Assembly (NCBI GenBank): GCA_963695655.1
Contig: CAVOHG010000002.1
Location: forward strand, 305,117-369,116
Source of the DNA: an uncultured Acidobacteriota bacterium
GTDB lineage: Bacteria; Acidobacteriota; Vicinamibacteria; Vicinamibacterales; 2-12-FULL-66-21
DNA length: 64,000 nt
Direction: 5' to 3'
This document shows positions 1 to 11,191 of this stretch, one piece after another (position 1 is the first letter of the stretch; each line of letters opens with the position of its first letter). The notes under the pieces are model-generated. The model saw nothing but the letters and a program-made list of their open reading frames with translations, searched no databases and was not told where the DNA came from. The position numbers and the translations under genes are program-made.

Positions 1-2
1 TC

Positions 3-110
3 CTGCAGAAACTCATTGCCTCACCCGGCGAGCCAGGCTGGGGCCCCGAAGATCACGAGTACAAGGTCAAGGGTCAGCGGCTGCTCGACAAGCTGAAGTC
101 GGGCGAATGA
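3..110 (+). CDS. 3' end of an unidentified CDS entering from upstream (partial)
   Basis: Open frame from the window edge (...LQKLIASPGEPGWGPEDHEYKVKGQRLLDKLKSGE) ending at TGA 108-110. Too short to assign a family. Confidence 0.3.
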   Translation: MQKLIASPGEPGWGPEDHEYKVKGQRLLDKLKSGE

Positions 111-141
111 GAGTCAGACGACGACTTCGGGTGAGCCTGGT

Positions 142-204
142 CTGAAAGCTGACAGCTGATGTCTGATAGCTGATTGCAGCGCTCTGAGAGCTGAGGTCTG
201 AGTG
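142..204. repeat. Tandem heptamer array, CTGANNG family (9 units)
   Basis: Reads ctgaaag ctgacag ctgatgt ctgatag ctgattg cagcgct ctgagag ctgaggt ctgagtg. The last units supply a GAGG Shine-Dalgarno-like motif and the GTG start of the thiolase at 202. Confidence 0.9.
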
Positions 205-1381
205 CCTGACATCTTCATTCTCGGCGGTGCACGGACGCCGATGGCGGACTACACCGGCAAGCTGAAGGACTTTTCCGCCATCGAGCTCGGCGCCATCGCC
301 GCGCGCGGCGCGATGCAGCGAACGGGTGTCCCGCCGTCCGCAATCGACCACGTCATTTTCGGAAACGTGCTGCAGACCAGCGCCGACGCCGTTTACGGCG
401 CGCGACACGTCGGCCTCAAAGCCGGCGTCCCGGTCGAAGTGCCGGCGCTCACGGTCAACCGCTTGTGCGGCTCCGGCATCCAGGCGGCCATCAGCGGCGC
501 GCAGATGATTCGTCTTGGCGAAGCGGATCTCGTCCTCAGCGGCGGCATGGAGAGCATGAGCCAGGCGCCCCACGTCATCCGCGGCTTGCGCAACGGGCTC
601 CGCCTCGGACAGGGCGAGCTCGAAGACTCATTGTTTTCTGCCCTGCTCGACACGCACTGCGGCTGCACGATGGCGGCGACGGCGGAGAACTGCGCCTCGA
701 CCTACGCGCATCTCGCGCGAGGATCAGGACCGATACGCGATTCGCAGCCAGCAACTGGCGGATGCCGCCTGGCGGGCGGGACGGCTGCGCGAAGAAGTCG
801 TGCCGGTCGAAATCACATCCCGCAAGGGGGTCGAGGTGTTCGAGAAGGACGACCACATGCGCCCGGATACGACGCTCGAGGGGCTGGCGAAGCTCCCCGC
901 CGCCTTCAGCAAGAACGGCTGCGTCACGGCTGGAAACGCCTCCGGCATCGTCGACGGCGGCGCCGCGTTGTTGCTCGCCTCGGAGACCGCGGTCCGCGAC
1001 CACGGCATGACGCCGCTCGCGCGCCTGACGCACTGGGCCATCGTCGGCGTCGAACCGACGCTGATGGGGATGGGACCCGTGCCGGCGACGCGGCTCGTGC
1101 TGCAGAAGGCAGGACTCACGCTCGCAGACATCGATCTCATCGAGGTCAACGAGGCTTTCGCGGCGCAATACCTGTCGGTCGAGAAGCAGCTCGGACTCGA
1201 TCGCGAGCGCGTCAACGTCAACGGCGGCGCTATCGCGCTCGGTCATCCTCTCGGAATGACGGGCACCCGCCTTCTGCTCACGCTCGTGCTCGAACTGCGC
1301 CGGCGGGGACTCCGCCGCGGCCTCGCAACCGCCTGCATCGGTGGCGGCCAGGGCATCGCGGCCATCGTCGAGAGGGTGTAG
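202..1381 (+). CDS. Acetyl-CoA C-acetyltransferase (thiolase), frame disrupted near 707
   Basis: N-terminal half in the frame of 202 (MPDIFILGGARTPMADYTG...NRLCGSGIQA). C-terminal half in the frame of 800 (...NVNGGAIALGHPLGMTG...ACIGGGQGIAAIVERV). Removing one nt at about 707 gives ...AENCASTYGISREDQDRYAIRSQQ. Length is 3n+1. Confidence 0.9.
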
Positions 1382-1386
1382 CCGGT

Positions 1387-1521
1387 AGCTCTCAGCTGTC
1401 AGCTTTCAGACGTCAGCGACTGACTACTGCGACCGGCTACTGCCTCGGCCTGAACGGAGCTTACCGGATTAGGGACGGAAAGCTACTGACAGCTGATAGC
1501 TGACAGCTGACAGCTGAGAAC
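1387..1521. repeat. Inverted heptamer blocks (NNNTCAG at 1387-1429, CTGANAG at 1481-1521)
   Basis: Left block agctctcagctgtcagctttcagacgtcag is the reverse orientation of right block ctgacagctgatagctgacagctgacagctgagaac. It lies between convergent genes and could form a long imperfect hairpin. Confidence 0.85.
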
Positions 1522-2568
1522 TACCCTTGAAGCAACCGCACGATTGCATCCCCCGCCGCTGTCGTGCCGAGCGTCCCGCCGATGTCGGTCGTGCCATGGC
1601 CAGCTTGCACCGCCGCGGCAACGGCGGCCTCGATCGCATCGGCTTCCGCCTTCAATCCGGACGTCTCGAGCATCAGCGCGGTCGAGAGGATGGCGCCGAA
1701 GGGATTGGCGACGTTCTTTCCGGCGAGCTTCGGGGCAGAGCCGTGGACCGGCTCGAACATCGAGGTCCGGCCCGGATGGATATTTCCTGAAGCCGCCATC
1801 CCGAGCCCCCCCTGGAGCGCAGCACCCAGGTCGGTCACGATGTCGCCGAACAGGTTGTTCGTGACGATCACCTGAAACTGTCCGGGGTCGAGGACCATGA
1901 ACATCGCGAGTGCGTCGACGTAGTAGTGCGTCGCCTCGATGCCGGGATACTCAGGCGCGATGTCTTTGAAGACACGCTGCCATAGCGCGTGACCGTGCGT
2001 CATCGCGTTGCTCTTGTCCGTCATGCACACTTTCGTCAGGCCGCGCGCTCGGGCGAACTCGAACGCGTGCCGGACGATCCGGTGCACGCCCTTCCACGTG
2101 TTCACTTCCTCCTGGATGGCAATCTCGTCTTCGGTCCCGGGCTTGAACCGGCCGCCGACGCCGACATACAGGCCCTCGGTGTTCTCGCGGAAGACTACGA
2201 AGTTGACGTCCGCGTGTCGTGCGTCCTTTCAGCGGGCACAGCCGTTCGTGCAGGAGCCTGATCGGGCGGTAGTTCACGTAGAGATCGAGCTCGAACCGGG
2301 TGCCGAGCAGGATGTCGCGCGCGTGCCGATTGTCGGGCACCCGCGGATCGCCGAGCGCGCCGATGAAGACCGCATCGAACTGCCGCAGCCGGTCGTAGCC
2401 GTCCGGCGGGATCGTGACACCGGTCTCGAGAAAGTAGTCCGCGCTCCACGGCAGCGGCTCGAGATCGAACGTCCGCCCGAACCGCTCGCCCACCGCGCGC
2501 AGTACTTTCACCGCTTCAGCGGTGACCTCTTTTCCGATGCCGTCACCCGCGATGGTCGCTATTCGCAC
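1521..2568 (-). CDS. Isocitrate/isopropylmalate dehydrogenase family enzyme (tartrate/D-malate dehydrogenase-like), frame disrupted near 2225
   Basis: N-terminal part MRIATIAGDGIGKEV...YVNYRPIRLL and C-terminal part ...NLFGDIVTDLGAALQGGLGMAASGN...FEPVHGSAPKLAGKNVANP lie in two frames. Deleting one nt near 2225 gives LCPLKDARHADVNFVVFRENTEG. Length is 3n+1. Confidence 0.85.
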
Positions 2569-2570
2569 TA

Positions 2571-2785
2571 CAGCTCCCAGCTTCCGGCTGCCAGCTTCCA
2601 GCTAAATCCTCGACCGCTCACAACTGCAGCGCGAACCAGTCTAGCTGCAAGCTGGAAGGTAGGACGTGAGACCTGTGATGTCAGCCCGGGACGCAGGCGC
2701 ACAGCCGTGTCCGAAAACCTGGGAGCCGGAAGCTGGAAGCGGGAAGCCAAAGTCTGAGACTGAGAGCTGACAGCTGACAGCTGAA
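2571..2785. repeat. Heptamer blocks AGCTNCC (2571-2603), inverted GGAAGCN (2721-2748) and CTGANAG (2751-2785)
   Basis: Reads cagctcccagcttccggctgccagcttccagct, then gggagccggaagctggaagcgggaagcc, then agtctgagactgagagctgacagctgacagctgaa. Confidence 0.8.
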
Positions 2786-3985
2786 TGCCTCGTCACAGTC
2801 GCCTCGACGGCTATCGCCATCCCCATCCCGCCGCTGACGCAGAGCGTCGCCAATCCTCGACGCGCCTTGCGCCGGAGCATCTCATGGACGAGGGTCACGA
2901 CGATCCGCGTCCCGGTACAGCCGATCGGATGACCGAGGGCGATGGCGCCGCCGTTGACGTTCAGCTTCTCTGACGGGATCGGTTCGTCCCGAAGCACCGC
3001 GAGCACCTGCGGAGCGAAGGCTTCGTTCAACTCGAACAGATCGAAATCGGCGAGCGAGAGCCCGGTGCGCGCGAAGAGCTTGCGCATGGCGGGGACGGGA
3101 CCGATTCCCATGATCCGCGGATCCACTCCCGCGGAAGCCCAGCCGATGATCCGCGCCAGCGGCGTGACGCGGTCGGTCGCGGCTCGTGCGGCACTCATGA
3201 GCACCACGGCCGCGCCGCCGTCGGTGATCCCGGATGACGTGCCCGCGGTGATAATCCCCCCGGGGAACACCGGCGGAAGCTTCTCGAGCGCATCGAGGGT
3301 GGTGTCGGGCCGCGGATGCTCGTCCACCTCCACGAGGACGACCTGGCCTTTCCGGTCCGTGATCGTCACGGGCGCCAGCTCGCTCACGAATCGGCCCTCG
3401 GCAATCGCTGCGCCGGCGCGCCGCTGCGTCTCGAGCGCGTAGGCATCCGACGCTTCCCGCGTGATGCCGTACCGCCGCGCCAGCTCCTCCCCCGTCTCGC
3501 CCATGATCTGTCCGGACAACGAGCACGTGAAGCCGTCGCGATACATCGCGTCGACGAACGTGAAGTTGCCCATGCGATGGCCCCACCGCGCATCCTCGGC
3601 ATCGACCAGGTACGGCATCCGGCTCATCGACTCGATCCCGCCAGCGACGACCACGTCCGCCTCGCCGAGCATGATCGCCTGCGCACCCGACGCGATCGAC
3701 TGCATCCCTGAAGCGCACGCCTTGTTGATCGTGTACGCCGGCACCTCGTCCGGCAGCCCCGCCCGTCGTCCCACCTGTCGTCGCCGGATTCGGACCAGAA
3801 CCGGCCTGCCGGGCGTGCCCGATGAGCACGTCGTCCACCTGCGCCCCGTCGACGCCGGCGCGCTCGAGCGCGGCGCGGACCGCTACCGCACCGAGCTCCG
3901 CGGGGTGGACGTTCCGAAACGCGCCTCCGTACCGTCCGATCGGTGTCCTCGCCGCGCCCACGATGACGACGTCCGAAGTAATCAC
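2641..3985 (-). CDS. Acetyl-CoA acetyltransferase (thiolase II), frame disrupted near 3780; 3' end uncertain
   Basis: N-terminus MITSDVVIVGAARTPIGRYGGAF...GHARQAGSGPNP, then in another frame ...GRRAGLPDEVPAYTINKACASGMQSI...NVNGGAIALGHPIGCTGTR...CVSGGMGMAIAVE. One extra nt sits near 3780. The last 50 or so codons (2641-2790) run through heptamer repeats, so the true stop may be near 2790. Confidence 0.85.
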
Positions 3986-3999
3986 GGGGTGATCATATC

Positions 4000-4221
4000 G
4001 GGATTGGGGATTGGGGATTAGGGATCAGGATCTCGCCTGCCACGCCGAAGCTCGCGAGAGCGAAGGCGGGGGACTCGGGGTTCGGGGTTCGGGGTTCGGG
4101 TTCGAGGCCGAGGTTCCGGCTCGGGAAGCTCTACCAACTGGCTACTAAAGCCGCTTCACTTGAAGCCTCGTCGAAGGATCCGGAAGGAGGAAACTGAGAG
4201 CTGAGAGCTGAGCACTGAGGG
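4000..4221. repeat. Composite heptamer region: GGGATTG (4000-4030), GGGGTTC (4068-4107), CTGAGAG (4191-4221)
   Basis: Reads gggattggggattggggattagggatcagga, then gggggactcggggttcggggttcggggttcgggttcgagg, then aaactgagagctgagagctgagcactgaggg. The G-rich strand is the + strand. Confidence 0.85.
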
Positions 4222-4225
4222 CTAT

Positions 4226-4424
4226 TTGGTTCGTCCCTGCCTGCTGGCGTTTCGTCCCTGTGAGCGGTTTCGTCCCACAATCCATCACTTTGGATTCAAA
4301 AACCCGTATTTCAGGGACGAATGAACCAAAGACAGACGCTAAATGCTTGATTCCAATGGTGCTCAGATGTCCCGTCCCCGGGCATATTCCGTGCTATATA
4401 GTCCCGTAGCTGGGACCGTCCCAG
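4226..4424 (+). promoter_or_regulatory. Cluster of GTCCC/GGGAC motifs with a 15-nt perfect palindrome next to a -10-like box, upstream of the TonB receptor
   Basis: TTCGTCCC direct repeats at 4230-4239, 4251-4260 and 4268-4277. Inverted copy cagggacgaa at 4312-4321. gtcccgtcccc at 4369-4379. TATAGT at 4397-4402. Perfect palindrome ctgggaccgtcccag at 4410-4424. Confidence 0.4.
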
Positions 4425-4512
4425 TCTTTCCAGTCATACGCGTTCGACCGGCTCCTCGGGGCCACGCATGCGCTGACTTGTTTCTGTTGTTTTTGAGGAG
4501 GATGAACCAGAC

Positions 4513-7500
4513 ATGCGAGCACGTACATTTGCCGCACTGATGGTGGCCCTGTTGTTTGCCCTGCCGGCCGCGGCACAGGAACAGCGTGGCTCCATCGAGG
4601 GCGTGGTGAGGGACAGTTCCGGTGCAGTGCTTCCCGGCGTCACCGTCGAAGCGCGGACCAACACCGGCGTGGTCCTGACGTCCACGTCAGATTCGGAAGG
4701 CACCTACCGCTTCCCGTCCGTCTCCCCCGGCACGTACGAGGTGACCGCGACGCTGCAGGGCTTCGCGCCCAAGAAGCAGGGCAACGTCGACGTCGGTCTT
4801 GGCCAGATCAAGAAGGTCGACATCGCGCTCGGGCTGCAGGGTGTAGCCGAGAATGTGCAGGTCACGGCGGAGTCGCCGCTCGTCGATGTCAAGCAGAGTG
4901 CGCGGCAGACGAACATCACGCGCGAACAGATTGAGCTGCTCCCGAAGGGTCGCGACTTCACCAGCCTCGTGACGCAGGCGCCCGGGGCCAACCAGGAGAA
5001 CAAACTCGGTGGTCTCTCGATCGATGGCGCCAGCGCGGGTGAGAATCGCTACATCATCGACGGCATCGAGACGACCAACCTCCAGAGCGGCATCTCGGGC
5101 AAGAACGTGATCCTCGACTTCGTCGAAGAGGTCCAGGTCAAGTCGAGCGGCTACACGGCCGAGTTCGGCGGCGCCACCGGGGGCGTGATCAACGTCATCA
5201 CCAAGAGCGGCACGAACAACTTCCACGGTAACGCCGGTCTCCAATACCAGGGCAGCGGCCTCTCAGGCGGGGCGTCGCCGGCCGCGGGCCAGACGACGAT
5301 CAGCACGGGTGTCCCCAGCCTTCGGATCAGCCTGACCGATTCGAACAAGTCCGAGTACGTGACCTATCCGAAAGACGACGAAAGCCGGTACGAGCCCAAT
5401 TTCGCGCTCGGTGGCCCGATCGTGTCGAACCGCGCGTGGTTCTTCGGCGCCTACCAGCCGGCGCTGACCAGCACGTCGCGCGACGTGAACCCGACGACCG
5501 CGGTGAACCCGGCCGCCGGCACGTTCTCGGTCTCGCGGTCGCAGCAGACGCAGTACGCAACCGGGAACCTCAACACCGCAGCTGTCCGACAGCCTGCGCG
5601 CGCGCGTCGCCTTCAACAACAGCTGGAGCCGCACGAAGGGCCTGCTGCCGTCGTTCAATGGCACTGACCGGACCGACACCAACTACGACAAGGTTTCGAC
5701 CTTCCCGAACTACTCGGTCTCGGGCAACATGGACTGGGTCGCGTCACAGCGGCTGTTCTTTGGCGTCCGCGGCGGCTACTATATGGCCGACCAGCACGAC
5801 ACCAACGTGACGGTGCAGCCCCTCTATCGGTTCGGCAATACCAGCAACGTCGGCTTCCTCGACGTGCCTTCGCCTCTGCAGAAGCCGGCCGGGTTCACGA
5901 GCATTCCGACCAACACGCAGGTGGTACGCGACCAGCAGACGCGCGCGTCCGTCCAGGCCGACGGCACCTGGTACGCGAAGGCGGGCGGCGACCACCAGTT
6001 CAAGTTCGGCGTCCAGCTCGACCGCGTCGGCAACGACGTCCTCAGCGGCGAGTCGCGCCCGCGCGTCTCGGTCAACTGGAACACCGCGCTCGGCGGCGTC
6101 CGTGGCCCGTACGGCTACTACACGGTTCGCAGCAACGGCGCCGACCCGACGAAGGGCTTCATCACCGAAGGGAACATCCACACCACCAACATCGGCCTGT
6201 TCATCCAGGATGCGTGGACGATCGGCCGCAAGTTGACGGTCAACGCAGGCCTCCGAACCGAGCGTGAGCGTGTACCGACCTACACGACGGGCGCCGACAT
6301 CCCGGAGTTCGGCATCGAGTTCCCGTTCAAGGACAAGCTGGCGCCGCGCGCCGGGTTCGCCTACGACATCAACGGCGACGGCAAGTGGAAGGCGTTCGGT
6401 TCGTGGGGCGTGTTCTACGACATCTTCAAGCTCGAGCTGCCGCGCGGGTCGTTCGGCGGCGACAAGTGGCTTGATTACAACTACACGCTCGACACGTTCG
6501 ACTGGCCGAACCTCCTGGCCAACTCGGCGTGCCCGCCGGCGTGCCCCGGGACGCTCATCAGCGGCCCGATCGACTTCCGGCACCCGTCGTTCGGCTCGGA
6601 CTCGATTCAGCCCGGCCTCAAGCCGATGCGCCAGCAGGAAGCCACCGTCGGCCTCGATCATCAGCTTGGCAACGTGGTCGCCGTCGGCGTCCACTACGTC
6701 CACAAGCAGATCGACCGCGCGATCGAAGACACCGGCTCGCTCGACGCCGCCGGTAACGAGATCTACATCATCGCCAATCCCGGCGAAGGGCTGACCGCGC
6801 TGGCGTCGACGGATCCCGTGACCGCGCTGCCGAAAGCCAAGCGCGACTACGACAGCGTCGAGTTCTCGGTGGAGAAGCGGTTCTCGGCCCGGTGGTACCT
6901 CCGGAGCAGCTACCTGTGGAGCCGGCTGTATGGCAACTATTCCGGACTGTCACAGTCGGATGAGAACGGCCGCACCAGCCCGAACGTGGGCCGGGCGTTC
7001 GACTATCCGGTGATGATGTTCCAGGACGGTGGCGTGCCGGCATACGGGCCACTCGCAACCGATCGTCCAAACCAGTTCAAGACGCAGTTCATCTATCAGC
7101 TGCCAATCGGAACCAGCGTCGGCGCCAACTATTACCTGGCGAGCGGACTCCCGGTCAGCCGCGAAATCGGGATCTACCCGACCAGCAACCTGCCGGTGAA
7201 CTATCTGGGCCGCGGCAGCGACGGCCGCACGGCGGTCTACGCACAGACCGATCTGTTCGTGCAGCACAGCTTCCGCTTCGCGGGCAGCCGACAGTTCCAG
7301 ATCGGCTTCAACGTGCTCAACCTGTTCAACCAGAAGGCCGCCGGTCAGCAAGTACAGCACGTATCAGCGCGTCAACGGCGTCGTCCCGAACGAGGCGCTC
7401 TTCTATCGTGGCCAGCAGACGCTGGAGCAGCTGATCGTCGTCGCAGAACATCTCGAAGGATCCGCGCTTCCTCCAGGACAACCTGTATCAGTCGCCGATC

Positions 7501-7533
7501 CAGGCGCGCGTCGGATTCAAGTTCTCCTTCTAG
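4513..7533 (+). CDS. TonB-dependent outer-membrane receptor with carboxypeptidase-regulatory-like N-domain (Oar-like), three frame disruptions
   Basis: GGAGG RBS and a signal peptide (MRARTFAALMVALLFALPAAAQ). Also GSIEGVVRDSSGAVLPGVTVEA...TYRFPSVSPGTYEV and plug-like ...LVDVKQSARQTNITREQIELLP. The C-terminus ...QARVGFKFSF ends on an aromatic residue. The frame moves +1 at about 5578, 7343 and 7440. Total length is 3n. Confidence 0.85.
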
Positions 7534-7562
7534 ACCAGCAGAGGAGAGTTCGGTTATCGTGC

Positions 7563-7595
7563 GCCCCGTGGGCTTCGGCCCACGGGGCTTTTTTT
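7563..7595 (+). terminator. Rho-independent terminator
   Basis: 11-bp GC stem gccccgtgggc / gcccacggggc, loop ttcg, followed by T7 (7589-7595). It lies 30 nt after the receptor stop. Confidence 0.85.
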
Positions 7596-7615
7596 CTCCA
7601 CCTCGGAGGACGACC

Positions 7616-8375
7616 ATGCGCATTCGACTTGCCTGTCTCATGGCTCTCATCGGCGTCAGTGCCCACCTGCTCTCCGCCCAGCCCCAGCGCAACCAGAATC
7701 GCGGCCGTGCCATGGGCCCGTACCGGATCGGACTCGAGGAGATGCGGTCGGAGCAGTGGGAAAAGGCGTCAGCGGACTTTCGCAACGCGATCGAGATCGA
7801 TCCGACCTTCGAGATGGCCTACTACGCGCTCGGGCGCTCGCTGATGCCCCAGAAGAAGTATGCGGAGGCGGTGACGCGCGCTCGCGAAGTGCCGCGACCT
7901 CTATACCGAACAGGCGGGACGGCAGTTCTCGAACCAGCAGGATGCGCAGCAATACCGGCGCGAGCGGCTGACCGAGCTCGACGAAGCCATCCGCCAGTAC
8001 CAGCAGGGCCCGCAGACGGCACAGACCTCAGAGTCGATCAGGCAGCTCACCGAAAACCGCCGCCTGCTGCAGGAAAATCTGCAGCGCGGGACGAACATCT
8101 CGATCGAGATGTCGGTGCCCTCGTTCGTATCGATGGCTCTCGGCAGCGCCTATTTCCGGCTCGGAAGCCTCGCCGACGCGGAACGGGAATACAAGGCCAC
8201 CATCGCGGCGGACCCGAAGACTGGCGAGGCCTACAGCAACCTCGCGGTGGTCTATCTGCAGACGGGAAGGTTCGATGACGCCGAGAAGGCGGTCAAGAGC
8301 GCGGAAAAGACAGGATTCAAGGTGAATCCGATGCTGAAGGACGATATCGCTTCGAGGAAGAAGGCTGGGCAGTAA
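7616..8375 (+). CDS. Secreted TPR-repeat protein, frame disrupted near 7877
   Basis: Signal peptide MRIRLACLMALIGVSAHLLSAQ. TPR-like ...FRNAIEIDPTFEMAYYALGRSL... and ...YKATIAADPKTGEAYSNLAVVYLQTGRFDDAEKAV. Frames join at about 7877 (AEAVT/ALAKCRDLYTEQ). Length is 3n+1. Confidence 0.7.
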
Positions 8376-8376
8376 G

Positions 8377-8533
8377 CAGTACAGTCACCAGTAGCCAGTG
8401 CCCCAGTCGCCAGTGCCCTCAGGTATCGCGCCGCCAGTGCCCCAGTAGCCAGTCGCCAGCGCCCAGAGTCAGTCGTGCTGGCTCGCGGACTGGAACTACT
8501 GGCTACTGGTTACTGGTTACTGGCGACTGGCAG
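8377..8533. repeat. Inverted heptamer blocks CCAGTNG (8387-8470) and CTGGYTA (8498-8533)
   Basis: Reads caccagtagccagtgccccagtcgccagtgccc...cccagtagccagtcgccag, then ctactggctactggttactggttactggcgactggcag. It lies between convergent genes. The last 7 codons and the stop of the kinase lie in the right block. Confidence 0.85.
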
Positions 8534-10972
8534 AATCACAGTACGTGATGAGTGATGAGTGATTCCTCGAGTCCCAGCGCTGGCCAGCAACGCGTGAAGG
8601 TCGGCGGCGCTGAACGGCTTCACGAGCACCGGAATGTCGCGAAGCAGTCCGTCACCTTCCAGCGTCGAGCGGTCTCCAGTGATGAACACGAAGCACTGCG
8701 CAAGCTCCGGATGCCGTGCCATGATCGTCCGGTAAAGATCCACCCCGTTCGACGTCGGCATTCGCACATCGCAGAGGACGAGCGCCAGTGATGTCGCCTC
8801 GGTGATCGCGAGCGCCGCTTCGGCGGTCTCCGCCTCGAGCACATCGAATCCTCGCCGTTCGAGGAGTCGCGACAGCAGTTTCCGGATCGGCGCCTCGTCG
8901 TCGACGATGAGCACGTGGCGCGACCGCGACGAGGACGCCATCGTCATGCGCGCCGGCGCCCCGGCGGCCGGCAGCGCCAGCCGGAAGCAGGCGCCCGGCC
9001 CGGAGTGGCACAGCGTGAGCGAGCCTCCGTGCGCCGCGGCGATTCCGTGGGAAATCGAGAGACCCAGCCCGGTCCCCTGCCCGACGTCCTTGGTCGTGAA
9101 AAATGGCTCGAAGATTCTCCCCCGCATCTGCGCACTGACCCCGGGCCCGTCGTCCGCCACTTCGACGATGTGGTGGCCTGATTCGGTAAGGCTGCGGATG
9201 GTGATCGTGCCACCGACTTCGGCCGAGAGCATCGCCTGCTCGGCGTTCAGGATCAGGTTCAGGATGATCTGCTGAATCTCTTCGCGGTTGACGACAACCG
9301 GCGCCGGCGCGGCCTGCAGCTCGGTCGTCAGTGTGATGTTCCGCTGCTGCAGGTGGTAGCCCCTGAGCTCGACGACCGAACGGACGATGTCGTTGAGGTC
9401 GGCGGTCGAGCGATCGGGAGCGCTGCGACGGACGAATGACAGCAGGTTCCTGACGATCTGCCCCGCGCGCGACGCTTCCCGGCGGACGACTTCGAGATCG
9501 CGACGGGAGCCCTGGTCCGGACGGTCCTCGAGGAGCAGTTCGACCGATCCGATGATCGTCTGGAGCGGATTGTTGATTTCGTGGGCGACTCCGGCCACGA
9601 GCTCGCCGATCGCCGAGAGCCGCTCGCTGTGCACGAGCTGATCCCGCAGCTTGAGCTCCTGGCCGATGTCACGCTCGGCACCGACGAAGTGTGTGATTCG
9701 GCCGCCCGAGTCTCTCAGTGCGACCACCGTGCACGATGCCGGGAAGGTCGAGCCGTCGCGCCGCTGCCGGAGGAGCGTGCCGCGCCAGATGCCGCGATCG
9801 CGGACCTCGGCGCTGATGTGGGCCGAGAGTGCACCGGACCCGCGGTCGACGAGGTCGGCGAACCCGAGTCCGGCGAGCTCGCGACGCGAATATCCCAGCG
9901 CGCGAACGAACGCGTCATTCGCCAGCTCGAAGCCGCCATCAGCACGCGTGATCAGGATCAGATCCCCCGTCTGCTCGGTGGCGGCCGCCAGCAGCCGCAT
10001 GCGGGCATCCGTCCGCTGCAGCTCGCCTCCCTGCGCGGCGAGACGAAGCGTCAGCACGCCAAGGCCGGCAACGGTCATCAATCCGGTGAGCAGGGCGCGG
10101 AACGAATCGCCTGCGCCGCCGAGCGGCTGGATGAAGAGCGCACCGTAACCGACGAGTGGAATGAGGAAGACCGGCAACGCGGCGAGCGCGGTGTGGCCGG
10201 CTGCCGAGTGGGTCTGAACGGGTTCGGCTCCCTTCGGGGAATCGGGCGCTGCGAGCGCCGCTGCCGCATACAAAAGAAAAGGCGCAATCCACGCCATGTC
10301 GTACAAGGTGCCGGTCTGATACCGGCCGTGCATGATCGCCAGGCTCGTGACGAGTCGGAGGAAGAAGCCAATCCCGGTCGCGATCGCCAGGCAGGCGTAG
10401 GCGCGGTACCACGGGGTGCGCCGTGCGACGATCATCGCCGTCAGCATGCCGATGAAGAGCAGCGCCCGGTGCACCTGCACCAGCTTCAGGAGCATGGCCT
10501 GAGCGTTGGTCGTGCCGGGCACCAGGCTCGGCACGAGCACGAAGTAGGTGTAGATGAAGATCGCGAGCAGGCCGTAGCTGCCGATCACGAGCGCGGCCGG
10601 GCCGACCGCGTCGCGGCGCACCCCGGCATGCGGGCGGGCAAAGAGCGCAATCAGCGGGCCGATGCCGCCGCAGAGGCTGAACAGGGTGTGCCACTGGAGC
10701 CAGGACTCGTGCCGGAGCACGATCATCTCGAAGGACCAGCCGAGGTGCCCGATGATCCAGAGGCCGACCCCGATCGCGAACGTATCCCAGAACAGCCGCT
10801 GGCATCCGGCCCACTGACGGCGCCTGTGTGCGAGGATCGCGCACACCGCGATCGGCGGCAGTATCAGCCCGAACGTGCCGAAGAGAGACAGCAGCATCGG
10901 GTGGCCGCGCAGTGCCCACCCGCCGGCAGCGTACGCCAGGACGTACCCAAGGCCGATCGAAAGATAAAGCAC
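8510..10972 (-). CDS. Hybrid sensor histidine kinase (multi-TM N-domain, PAS, HisKA, HATPase_c, C-terminal receiver)
   Basis: Intact 820-aa ORF. About 8 hydrophobic segments at the N-terminus. H-box VAGVAHEINNPL. ATPase motifs ...DDGPGV...GTGLGLSISHGI. Receiver ...HVLIVDDE...LVLCDVRMP...KPF. Confidence 0.9.
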   Translation of the reverse strand: MLYLSIGLGYVLAYAAGGWALRGHPMLLSLFGTFGLILPPIAVCAILAHRRRQWAGCQRLFWDTFAIGVGLWIIGHLGWSFEMIVLRHESWLQWHTLFSLCGGIGPLIALFARPHAGVRRDAVGPAALVIGSYGLLAIFIYTYFVLVPSLVPGTTNAQAMLLKLVQVHRALLFIGMLTAMIVARRTPWYRAYACLAIATGIGFFLRLVTSLAIMHGRYQTGTLYDMAWIAPFLLYAAAALAAPDSPKGAEPVQTHSAAGHTALAALPVFLIPLVGYGALFIQPLGGAGDSFRALLTGLMTVAGLGVLTLRLAAQGGELQRTDARMRLLAAATEQTGDLILITRADGGFELANDAFVRALGYSRRELAGLGFADLVDRGSGALSAHISAEVRDRGIWRGTLLRQRRDGSTFPASCTVVALRDSGGRITHFVGAERDIGQELKLRDQLVHSERLSAIGELVAGVAHEINNPLQTIIGSVELLLEDRPDQGSRRDLEVVRREASRAGQIVRNLLSFVRRSAPDRSTADLNDIVRSVVELRGYHLQQRNITLTTELQAAPAPVVVNREEIQQIILNLILNAEQAMLSAEVGGTITIRSLTESGHHIVEVADDGPGVSAQMRGRIFEPFFTTKDVGQGTGLGLSISHGIAAAHGGSLTLCHSGPGACFRLALPAAGAPARMTMASSSRSRHVLIVDDEAPIRKLLSRLLERRGFDVLEAETAEAALAITEATSLALVLCDVRMPTSNGVDLYRTIMARHPELAQCFVFITGDRSTLEGDGLLRDIPVLVKPFSAADLHALLASAGTRGITHHSSRTVILPVASNQ

Positions 10973-11035
10973 GATCCGGACACCCTGTCAGATTGGGACG
11001 GCCCCGCCGCCCTCGGAAAGTTGGAGGAAGACTTT

Positions 11036-11191
11036 ACAAGGTTCTGTCAGGTTCTACAAGGTTCTGCAAGGTTCTACCGGGTTCTGCGGGTTCTACCGGG
11101 CGCAGGTTCTACCGGGTTCTGCAGGTTGAACGGTTCTGAGAACTGCAGAACCGGAGAACCTTGCAGAACCCGAGAACCCCGTAGAACCCTA
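11036..11191. repeat. GGTTCTNC direct repeats (period 9-10) followed by inverted GNAGAACC copies
   Basis: Reads aaggttctgtcaggttctacaaggttctgcaaggttctaccgggttctgcgggttctaccggg...cggttctgagaactgcagaaccggagaaccttgcagaacccgagaaccccgtagaaccctag. Confidence 0.85.

Noticed and set aside
4226-4512. Riboswitch (for example cobalamin) upstream of the TonB-dependent receptor
   Set aside because: I could not find a B12 box or any other conserved riboswitch core. The repeated GTCCC motifs and a palindrome next to a -10-like box fit protein operator sites better. A covariance-model scan would settle it.
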